From an uncultured virus (IMG/VR IMGVR_UViG_3300021371_000010) (taxonomy: Duplodnaviria; Heunggongvirae; Uroviricota; Caudoviricetes): DNA of 20,000 nt. A program made the position numbers and the translations under genes. The notes below the pieces were generated by a model. That model had not been told where the DNA came from and ran no database searches. It saw only the letters and a list, made by a program, of their open reading frames with translations. The stretch lies in the IMG/VR virus record IMGVR_UViG_3300021371_000010, positions 51,926 through 71,925 of that record; one strand, 5' to 3'. This document shows positions 9,083 through 16,145 of this stretch, piece after piece. Every line of letters begins with the position of its first letter. Position 1 is the first letter of the stretch.

Positions 9083-9354
9083 TGAGAAACTTAGCAATTG
9101 ATATAACTGAATACGAAAACTTCCCAGATGGTGGCAATGTCGCAAGGAACAAATTTGCTGAAGCAATGGCAAACATTGGTCCTGGTCCATGTGTGAAGTT
9201 CAACTGTGAGAGGCAACAAGAATGTGCATCTGAAAAAGTTGAATGTAAGGCATTTAGATACTGGGTAAACAATGACAGTTACTGGACAAAAAGAAAAGGT
9301 GTTAAGACATCAATCAGTGTTGACCTAGGCAGATTAATCAAGGAGATGGAATAA
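9082..9354 (+). CDS. Hypothetical protein with 4 Cys (possible metal binding)
   Basis: TAATG coupling, AAGGAG SD; C-x4-C-x5-C-x6-C. Confidence 0.7.
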   Translation: MRNLAIDITEYENFPDGGNVARNKFAEAMANIGPGPCVKFNCERQQECASEKVECKAFRYWVNNDSYWTKRKGVKTSISVDLGRLIKEME

Positions 9355-9893
9355 TGACCAAGATAGCACTATCACAAATTGGTGAAAAGGGAGAAGCAAA
9401 AGCAAGGTGTGTAATGAGGGATATAATTGTCCCATTCAAAATCGTACCTGGTTTAACTGAAGAATCAATCAAGATGTGCAAAGCATTCAATGTTGAATAC
9501 TTAATCGAACTAGCACTAGCAAAGGTCGGAGGGTACAATTTTGTAGATGAATCTGGATTTGATTTTGATGATTACTCAGATAGTAAGACTGCAAGTGTGG
9601 AACCTAGAGGTGGGGTGTCCATCGGGTCACTCGAAACAAAGATTGGTTCTATAAGAGCAGTGATCTATAATCCATTTGAAGATAGGTTAGACTACTTCTT
9701 TTTTCCAGTTGATGGGTGGAAAGATTTAGAAGAAGCATCATACGGAAAAGCAAAGCACAAAACAAGAATCAGATCATCTTATAATAAGACAACTCAGATG
9801 TATTCTAAGTTTGAACCTTATAGATGTAAAGACTTTAAAGAACTGGCAAAAAAAGTTGCCTGTGAAGTAGATGCAGAAATTATTTTGGGTTAA
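9354..9893 (+). CDS. Hypothetical protein, possible PD-(D/E)xK nuclease fold
   Basis: TAATG coupling, AGGAG SD; E-containing helix followed by GFDFDDYSDSKTAS (D..DxK). Confidence 0.55.
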   Translation: MTKIALSQIGEKGEAKARCVMRDIIVPFKIVPGLTEESIKMCKAFNVEYLIELALAKVGGYNFVDESGFDFDDYSDSKTASVEPRGGVSIGSLETKIGSIRAVIYNPFEDRLDYFFFPVDGWKDLEEASYGKAKHKTRIRSSYNKTTQMYSKFEPYRCKDFKELAKKVACEVDAEIILG

Positions 9894-9897
9894 GGGG

Positions 9898-9927
9898 TTG
9901 ACAATGACCCTCACTTTTTGATACCAT
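9898..9927 (+). promoter_or_regulatory. Early sigma70 promoter TTGACA-N18-TACCAT (extended TG)
   Basis: Third copy of the conserved promoter with CTCACTTTTT spacer. Confidence 0.75.
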
Positions 9928-9970
9928 TATAACTGATGAGAAATTTAACGTGTAATTTTAAGGAGACTAT

Positions 9971-11239
9971 ATGAAAGCACACAATGAGTATAATATAAAA
10001 AGATCGTATGACGAATCGGAGTCAGTCATACTTTCTACAGGGAAGAAATTCCACATGACTCCAGATAGGAAAGAATTCTTAGCAGAACTTCAATCTGCCT
10101 TTCCTGAGCAATCTGTTTTTCTAAAAGAAGATTTAGAAAAACTATCACACACCCCATACTGGGTGAAGTCAACAAGGTTCCCTTTTGCTTCTGCTGATAA
10201 ATCGTCATATGATTTGACTATGTTACTTGGTGGTTTGTCACCGACAGCAGTTCAAAATGTGAAACAACCAACGGTTATTCCAATGACACCAGCACCTGTT
10301 TCTAATAACATGCCTGTCGCCGCTCAGACTCAAGCAGTGAATCTGATCGAAGACAATGTAAAAATCATTCCTGAGAAAATGACTAACTATGTTCCGTTTG
10401 GACATTTCAAAGATGTCAAACAGATTATCAAGTCTAAGATTTTCTTCCCAGTCTTTGTGACAGGGTTATCTGGTAATGGTAAAACATTGATGATCGAACA
10501 AGTATGTGCCCAACTGAAGAGAGAACTCTACAGGGTCAATATCACCATCGAGACTGATGAAGATGATTTGATGGGTGGTCATACTCTTCAAAATGGTAAC
10601 ATTACTTTCAGAGAAGGTCCTGTTATCAAAGCAATGAGAAAGGGTGCCGTACTCTTGCTCGATGAAGTCGATCTTGGTTCTAACAAGTTGATGTGTCTAC
10701 AATCAGTTCTTGAAGGTAAAGGTTATCTAATCAAGAAAACTGGTGAGTGGGTGACACCTGCACCAGGATTTACAATTCTTGCGACTGCTAATACAAAGGG
10801 TCAAGGTTCAGAAGATGGCAAGTTCATCGGAACTCAGATCATGAACGAGGCGATGCTTGAAAGATTCGCCATCACAATGCAACAAGAATATCCACCAGTG
10901 TCAACTGAGAAGAGAATTCTTAAGAAAGAAATGGAACTAAGTGGTTCTGTTGATGAAGAGTTCTGTGACAAACTTGTCGACTGGGCAGACATTATCAGAA
11001 AGACCTATTACGAGGGTGCTATCGATGATGTTGTTACTACAAGGAGACTTGTTCACATTGTCAATGCATTCAGAATGTTTGACGACAAAATGAAGTCAAT
11101 CGAAATGTGTATTACAAGATTCGATGAAGAAACTAGAAGTTCCATTCTCGACCTCTACACCAAAGTAGATGCAGGGGTCGACATGGAAAACCCTCTTGAA
11201 GATTCAGAGTCTTCAGAGTATAATGAATACGATGAGTAA
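9971..11239 (+). CDS. cobS: CobS-like / MoxR-family AAA+ ATPase
   Basis: Walker A GLSGNGKT, DEDDLMGG, EGPVIKAM, Walker B LLLDEVD, ATANTKG, NEAMLERF; AAGGAG SD. Confidence 0.9.
   Translation: MKAHNEYNIKRSYDESESVILSTGKKFHMTPDRKEFLAELQSAFPEQSVFLKEDLEKLSHTPYWVKSTRFPFASADKSSYDLTMLLGGLSPTAVQNVKQPTVIPMTPAPVSNNMPVAAQTQAVNLIEDNVKIIPEKMTNYVPFGHFKDVKQIIKSKIFFPVFVTGLSGNGKTLMIEQVCAQLKRELYRVNITIETDEDDLMGGHTLQNGNITFREGPVIKAMRKGAVLLLDEVDLGSNKLMCLQSVLEGKGYLIKKTGEWVTPAPGFTILATANTKGQGSEDGKFIGTQIMNEAMLERFAITMQQEYPPVSTEKRILKKEMELSGSVDEEFCDKLVDWADIIRKTYYEGAIDDVVTTRRLVHIVNAFRMFDDKMKSIEMCITRFDEETRSSILDLYTKVDAGVDMENPLEDSESSEYNEYDE
11188..11224 (+). promoter_or_regulatory. Promoter AAACCCTC-TTGAAG-N17-TATAAT embedded in the cobS 3' end
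   Basis: Perfect -10, 17-nt spacer, ATG 7 nt downstream at 11232. Confidence 0.7.
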
Positions 11240-11522
11240 TAATATCGACTACAAATATAACGAGGACAAACTCTTAAACGAGTTTTCCTCTTATATTGAT
11301 AATACATACGACCAACATTACTCACTAAACAAATACCAGAGTACTGAGTTTATTATTGACTCAGGACATGGTGAAGGTTTTTGTATCGGCAATATTATGA
11401 AATATGCACAAAGATACGGAAAGAAAGGTGGCAAGAATAGAGCAGACTTGTTAAAAGTTTTGCACTATGCCTTGTTTATGTTACACGTTCACGATAAGGA
11501 GACTGAGAATGAAATTAAGTGA
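11232..11522 (+). CDS. DUF3310-like protein (T7 gp1.7 nucleotide-kinase-related)
   Basis: HY...GFCIGNIMKYAQRYGKKGG..RADLLKVLHY motif; start moved to ATG 11232 downstream of the promoter. Confidence 0.75.
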   Translation: MSNNIDYKYNEDKLLNEFSSYIDNTYDQHYSLNKYQSTEFIIDSGHGEGFCIGNIMKYAQRYGKKGGKNRADLLKVLHYALFMLHVHDKETENEIK

Positions 11523-12174
11523 AGAAACAAGAAGTATATTAAAAAACTTCGCAACAATAAATTCGGGTATCAAAGTTGAGACAGGTTCTCAATTGAAGAC
11601 TATTTCGAATATGAAAAACATCTTGGCAGTAGCAACTGTTTCAGAAGCATTTGACCAAGGGTTTAGTATATACAATCTAGGAGAATTTCTAGGTGCAGTA
11701 TCATTGCTAGATAATCCAGACTTTGCATTTAACGATGCATCTGCAAGTATCAGTGATGATAATACTAGCATGACTTACTTCTATGCAAGTGAGGGTATGG
11801 TGACATCGCCAGAGAAGATGATTACAATGCCTGATGCAGAGATTAAAGTTGATCTATCATCAACACTACTTGGCGAATTGCAAAAAGCGGCCAGTGTTTT
11901 AGGTGTTAGTGATTTAGTACTACAATCAGATGGTACTAAAATCGAGTTAGTAGTAACTGATAAAAAGAATGCAACATCAAATACATTCAGCAGAATCGTT
12001 GGAGAAGGTACAGGTGTTTCATTTACAATGAACTTTAAGATTGATAACTTGAAAGTTCTAGATGGTAATTATGAAGTCTTGGTTTCATCGAAAGGTATTT
12101 CAAACTTCAAAAACAAGGATATAGACTTAGAGTACTTCATTGCACTTGAACCAGATTCAAAATACAATGTGTAA
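11509..12174 (+). CDS. gp45: DNA polymerase sliding clamp gp45
   Basis: MKLSEETRSILKNFATINSGI, FSIYNLGEFL, YFIALEPDS; AAGGAG SD before ATG 11509. Confidence 0.95.
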   Translation: MKLSEETRSILKNFATINSGIKVETGSQLKTISNMKNILAVATVSEAFDQGFSIYNLGEFLGAVSLLDNPDFAFNDASASISDDNTSMTYFYASEGMVTSPEKMITMPDAEIKVDLSSTLLGELQKAASVLGVSDLVLQSDGTKIELVVTDKKNATSNTFSRIVGEGTGVSFTMNFKIDNLKVLDGNYEVLVSSKGISNFKNKDIDLEYFIALEPDSKYNV

Positions 12175-12291
12175 CATATATAATATAATTATGTGTGATA
12201 AAAGTGCTAGTCTCCACAATTATCATGGGAGTAGAATATCTCATCAATCTCTTGGCATTCTACACGATCTATCGGAGGGGTTAGGTCAACT

Positions 12292-13233
12292 ATGAGTAAC
12301 GAATTTTTATACGTAGAGAAGTATCGTCCTCAAACAATTGAAGAGACAATACTACCTGCATCGATCAAGAAAAGTTTTCAAGAGTTTGTCAAGAATGGCG
12401 AACTACCAAATTTGTTACTAACTGGTTCAGCAGGCATTGGTAAAACTACAGTTGCGAAAGCATTGTGTAATGAAATCGGTGCAGACTTTATTGTCATTAA
12501 CGGATCAGATGAGGGTCGTCTTATCGACACTCTCAGAACTAAAATCAAAAACTTTGCATCTACAGTGTCACTCAGTGGTGGTTCTAAAGTCGTCATACTT
12601 GATGAAGCAGATTATATATCAGCAGATTCAGTTCAACCTGCTTTAAGAAACTTCATAGAAGAGTTCTCAAGCAACTGTAGATTCATTTTTACATGTAACT
12701 ACAAGAACAGAATTATTCCTGCACTTCACAGTAGATGTACAGTTATTGATTTCAAAATAACACCCACAGAAAAACAAAAACTTGCTTCAGTCTTTATGAA
12801 TAGACTTAAGATGATTTGCGATGATGAGGGTATTAAATACGAAGAGAAAGTATTAGTAGAACTGATACTTAAATTCTTCCCAGACTTTAGAAGATGTATC
12901 AATGAAGTACAACGTTATGGTGCATCAGGTGTAATTGATAGTGGTTTGTTAGCAACACTATCAGAAGAAAAACTAACACCTCTGGTCGACATGTTGAAAA
13001 GTAAAGATTGGTCTGGTATGAGAAAGTGGGTTGGTCAAAATGCTGATAACGATTTCAATACTTTGTATAGAAAAGTTTTCAATGCATTAGAGAAAAGACT
13101 TGAACCAAGTTCAATACCATCGGCAGTTCTAATCATTGCAGACTATCAATACAAATCTGCATTTGCAATGGACTCAGAGATTAATTTTACTGCATGTCTA
13201 ACAGAAATTATGTCGGAGTGTAAATTCAAATAA
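12292..13233 (+). CDS. gp44: Clamp loader large subunit gp44
   Basis: VEKYRPQTI, GSAGIGKTT, ILDEADY, SRC motif, FPDFRR. Confidence 0.96.
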   Translation: MSNEFLYVEKYRPQTIEETILPASIKKSFQEFVKNGELPNLLLTGSAGIGKTTVAKALCNEIGADFIVINGSDEGRLIDTLRTKIKNFASTVSLSGGSKVVILDEADYISADSVQPALRNFIEEFSSNCRFIFTCNYKNRIIPALHSRCTVIDFKITPTEKQKLASVFMNRLKMICDDEGIKYEEKVLVELILKFFPDFRRCINEVQRYGASGVIDSGLLATLSEEKLTPLVDMLKSKDWSGMRKWVGQNADNDFNTLYRKVFNALEKRLEPSSIPSAVLIIADYQYKSAFAMDSEINFTACLTEIMSECKFK

Positions 13234-13358
13234 TGGGTAAGTTAAGACAATGGTTTCAAAAATGGTTTGACAAAAGAATTGAAAAGTCATTCCAAAGACA
13301 AGCAGACAGACTGTTCGCAAAACACGATGTCGAATATAGAGACGGAGATAATACATGA
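13233..13358 (+). CDS. Small hypothetical protein, 41 aa (MGKLRQWFQKWFDKRIEKSFQRQADRLFAKHDVEYRDGDNT)
   Basis: TAATG overlap with gp44 and ATGA overlap with the next ORF; amphipathic N-terminus; not in ORF track. Confidence 0.65.
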   Translation: MGKLRQWFQKWFDKRIEKSFQRQADRLFAKHDVEYRDGDNT

Positions 13359-13666
13359 CTCAATATGATAACGAAGTAGAAAGACAAAGAATTATTCTCG
13401 AAGCAGAAGAATGGGCAAAGGGTGTTAAAAGCATTCATGTACATTCTTTTAACTCTATGTGGTATGATGATCACCCAGAAGACACAGATGGTACTCCACG
13501 TAAAACTGTGACAGATGTAGAATATAACAATGGTCTTATCGTAAGAAGCAGAAACGGAAAACAAATTCGTAAGTTTGGTATGAAACTCAAAGGCGATGCT
13601 TTGATCCAGCAATACGAGAGAGTTCAACAATCTTCAAAACCAAAGTTTCGACCACAGTATGTCTAA
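13355..13666 (+). CDS. Hypothetical protein
   Basis: GGAG SD; overlaps both neighbours. Confidence 0.7.
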   Translation: MTQYDNEVERQRIILEAEEWAKGVKSIHVHSFNSMWYDDHPEDTDGTPRKTVTDVEYNNGLIVRSRNGKQIRKFGMKLKGDALIQQYERVQQSSKPKFRPQYV

Positions 13667-14069
13667 ACGAAATCCTTTCGACTTTGTTAAAAATGTAAGT
13701 TATGATAAAGTCGATATCATGGTTGATGAGGTCGAAGAGAAAGCATATCAACCATTCCTCATAAATCGGGCGTTGTCTTATCACCAAGATGCCGTCTTTC
13801 TAGTAAACGAGTTAAACTGTAAGCACGGGTTAGATAACCGTCTTCAGTACTTGTTTTTCATAAATACTCTTAGAAAAAGAAAAAGATTCAGTAAGTGGCA
13901 AAAACCATATGAATCTAAGAAACTAGAAACTGTAAAAGATTTTTACGGTGTTTCTACTCAGAAAGCAAAAGAGTATCTTGAACTTCTTGATGAAAAACAA
14001 TACCGTATATTGAAAGACAGAATGCATACAGGTGGTAAACACAATGGACGAACAGGAAATAGTAAATAG
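13659..14069 (+). CDS. gp62: Clamp loader small subunit gp62
   Basis: PFDFVKNVSYDK, YQPFLINRALSYHQD, QYLFFINTLRKRKRFSKW, YGVSTQKAKEYL; lies between gp44 and regA. Confidence 0.92.
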   Translation: MSKRNPFDFVKNVSYDKVDIMVDEVEEKAYQPFLINRALSYHQDAVFLVNELNCKHGLDNRLQYLFFINTLRKRKRFSKWQKPYESKKLETVKDFYGVSTQKAKEYLELLDEKQYRILKDRMHTGGKHNGRTGNSK

Positions 14070-14451
14070 TTTAGTCGAAATATCATTCGAACAAAAAGAC
14101 GACTTCTTAAAGATACGTGAGACACTCACACGTATCGGAGTTGCATCACGTAGAGAACAAGAACTCTTCCAATCATGTCACATCTTGCACAAGAAGGGCA
14201 AGTATTACATTACACATTTCAAAGAATTATTCCAATTAGATGGTAAGAAGGCAACGTTTGATGAATCAGATGTTGGTCGAAGAAATACCATTATTGATTT
14301 ACTTAAGCAATGGAATCTAATTAAGGTGTTAGACGAATCAAAGATCGAAACACCTAGGGCACCATTGTCTCAGATTAAAATTGTGAGTTTTAAAGATAAA
14401 GAAAATTGGAAACTTACTACAAAATACTCAATAGGTAGTAAAAACAACTAA
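14044..14451 (+). CDS. regA: Translational repressor RegA
   Basis: DDFLKIRETLTRIGVAS, LFQSCHILHKKGKYYITHFKELF, RRNTI..LL..W, KYSIG. Confidence 0.96.
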   Translation: MDEQEIVNSLVEISFEQKDDFLKIRETLTRIGVASRREQELFQSCHILHKKGKYYITHFKELFQLDGKKATFDESDVGRRNTIIDLLKQWNLIKVLDESKIETPRAPLSQIKIVSFKDKENWKLTTKYSIGSKNN

Positions 14452-14454
14452 ATA
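14448..14454 (+). promoter_or_regulatory. Late promoter variant CTAAATA
   Basis: Overlaps regA stop; followed by AGGAGG SD and ATG 14476. Confidence 0.55.
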
Positions 14455-14475
14455 TATCACTTAGGAGGAACAATT

Positions 14476-14682
14476 ATGTTTCAAGGTATTATAGATTTTG
14501 TTATGGGTATATGGAACTTACTTATGATAGTTCCAGTTATTATATCAATATGCTCAGTAGTTGTAGCATTAACACCGACCCCGGCCGATGATAAGTTGTG
14601 GGCAAAAGTGTATAAGTGGTTAGAAGTTCTTGCTTTAGCAGTAGGTAAAGCAAAAGACAAAAACCCTCTTTTAGATAAGTAA
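14476..14682 (+). CDS. Small membrane protein, possible holin
   Basis: Hydrophobic N-half then ALTPTPADD...LEVLAL with basic C-terminus; strong SD. Confidence 0.6.
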   Translation: MFQGIIDFVMGIWNLLMIVPVIISICSVVVALTPTPADDKLWAKVYKWLEVLALAVGKAKDKNPLLDK

Positions 14683-14697
14683 CTTTTATGATAGAAT
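14661..14697 (+). promoter_or_regulatory. Promoter AAACCCTC-TTTTAG-N17-TAGAAT (extended TG)
   Basis: Same upstream motif and spacing as 1491 and 11188; AGGAG SD downstream before ATG 14730. Confidence 0.55.
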
Positions 14698-14729
14698 AGT
14701 AGTACAACTATTCAGAATAGGAGAAAAAT

Positions 14730-15014
14730 ATGGAATATGTGATAATTGGTATAATTGTTATACTAGCAGTTGTCTTCTATGTTAGAGGCGATAGTGGCAG
14801 TAGTTCTACTACAGTTACAAAACCTGTCTCTAAACCTGCAGTAAGACCAGTTGTAAATGCAGATGCAAACAACAATGGTATTACAAGCAAGGCAGAACTT
14901 AAGAAATTAACTAAAGTTCAACTTGTGGATCTTGCAGAGAAGAAGAGTCTGAAAGTTAAGAAGTCTGGCACTAAAGCAGAGATTATTAACTCCATTCATA
15001 CTCAATTGAAGTAA
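14730..15014 (+). CDS. Membrane-anchored protein with C-terminal Rho-N/HeH-like helical domain
   Basis: N-terminal TM helix, S/T/P linker, ELKKLTKVQLVDLAEKKSLKVKKSGTKAEIINSI. Confidence 0.7.
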   Translation: MEYVIIGIIVILAVVFYVRGDSGSSSTTVTKPVSKPAVRPVVNADANNNGITSKAELKKLTKVQLVDLAEKKSLKVKKSGTKAEIINSIHTQLK

Positions 15015-15033
15015 CAACACACTTTAAAAGAAC

Positions 15034-15059
15034 AAGGGTGCTTCGGCACCCTTTTTTTT
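15034..15059 (+). terminator. Rho-independent terminator with UUCG tetraloop
   Basis: AAGGGTGC-TTCG-GCACCCTT followed by a T run. Confidence 0.92.
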
Positions 15060-15079
15060 GTGTCCCGATAGACGATTTG

Positions 15080-15087
15080 TATAAATA
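15080..15087 (+). promoter_or_regulatory. T4 late promoter TATAAATA
   Basis: Perfect gp55 consensus, intergenic, just after the terminator. Confidence 0.85.
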
Positions 15088-15094
15088 ATAGGTG

Positions 15095-15391
15095 ATGGAA
15101 GATATACTATTATTAATCAATGAAGTCGGTGTCCCGATTGCAAGTGCAATCGTAATGGCATTCTTTATCTTCCTAACACTTAGATACATCTTAGAGGGTG
15201 TATCAGATGATGTGAAGACTTTAACTGGCATGGTTGACATGCTAGAAGACAGATGTAGAGTTATGAATAACGAGATCGTTAAGATTGATTTGCTTATATC
15301 TCAATCCTTAGAACTACAACCAGACCTTGATCGAGTCGCCAGAGCAGAGAACTTCGTGGAAGATGGAAGTATTGATGCTAGGAGAGATTAA
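15095..15391 (+). CDS. Membrane protein with coiled coil (YvrJ-like N-terminus), paralog 1
   Basis: INEVGVPIASAIVMAFFIFLTLRYI TM segment followed by a heptad-rich region. Confidence 0.7.
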   Translation: MEDILLLINEVGVPIASAIVMAFFIFLTLRYILEGVSDDVKTLTGMVDMLEDRCRVMNNEIVKIDLLISQSLELQPDLDRVARAENFVEDGSIDARRD

Positions 15392-15681
15392 TGGTCGAAG
15401 AAGTAATCAAGGTTGTAGACGAATTTGGATACCCAGTCGTCATGTCATTGGGAATGGGTTACTTCATTTACTTCATATGGAAATATGTAACTGAAGAACT
15501 AGAACCCAGAATAGAGAAACAAAAGATATCTCTAATTAGATTGATCGATCAAATGAGAATGTTAGATCAGGATCAAATTAGACTTCAGCAAAAACTGAAT
15601 ACTGTATTAGAGTACAGAAAAGCAGAACGTTTAAGGAAGAAACTACGTAATGAAAAACCAGATAAAGTTATTAAGTCTTAG
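15391..15681 (+). CDS. Membrane protein with coiled coil (YvrJ-like N-terminus), paralog 2
   Basis: VDEFGYPVVMSLGMGYFIYFIWKYV; TAATG coupling; LIDQMRMLDQDQIRL aligns with LEDRCRVMNNEIVKI of paralog 1. Confidence 0.7.
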   Translation: MVEEVIKVVDEFGYPVVMSLGMGYFIYFIWKYVTEELEPRIEKQKISLIRLIDQMRMLDQDQIRLQQKLNTVLEYRKAERLRKKLRNEKPDKVIKS

Positions 15682-16144
15682 TTTATTAATATCAATGCCG
15701 ATCATGGCAGATGAAATCAAATTTGGTTTCAAAAATCCCTCATTCAGTGGACAGGGTACAGGTGCCCATTACTTAACCATTGAGAACCAAGAGACATCAA
15801 GAAAGAAAGCAATCGAAGAAGCACTCGAATCAGCAAGAAAGGCCGCTGAACGTGAAGCAGAGAATAGTACCCTTGCAAAATTTATTAGGAACTTAGAATC
15901 AAGAATCTATGCCCAATTTGCAAAGCAGTTAGTAGAGAGTATGTTCTCAAACGATAATCCTGCGGGATTTGGATCGTTCATGCTTGAAGGTAATAGTATT
16001 ACATGGGAAGTAATTACAAATGCCGATGGTGCAGAAGTTATAAGATTAACAATTGTAGGTGAAGACGGAACAGAAACAGTAGTTGAGATCCCAGTTGGCA
16101 CTGGTAACTTCGGTCAAGATCCAGATACAGGTTCAGGAGGATAA
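15650..16144 (+). CDS. csgF: Curli assembly component CsgF
   Basis: Signal peptide then EIKFGFKNPSFSG (CsgF NPxFGG-like motif), F...LESRIYAQFAKQL, T.VEIP C-terminus; directly upstream of csgG. Confidence 0.85.
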   Translation: MKNQIKLLSLSLLISMPIMADEIKFGFKNPSFSGQGTGAHYLTIENQETSRKKAIEEALESARKAAEREAENSTLAKFIRNLESRIYAQFAKQLVESMFSNDNPAGFGSFMLEGNSITWEVITNADGAEVIRLTIVGEDGTETVVEIPVGTGNFGQDPDTGSGG

Positions 16145-16145
16145 A

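Noticed and set aside
9971..11239. Cobalamin biosynthesis role for cobS
   Set aside because: No cobN or other cob pathway genes in the window; generic MoxR-vWA function more likely
3861..12646. Nested plus-strand alternate-frame ORFs (3861, 7176, 8652, 12437)
   Set aside because: Short, fully inside conserved genes, no recognisable features
228..13866. Extra ATAAATA matches at 228, 1480 and 13860
   Set aside because: Expected by chance in AT-rich DNA; 228 and 1480 could be real late promoters but cannot be supported here
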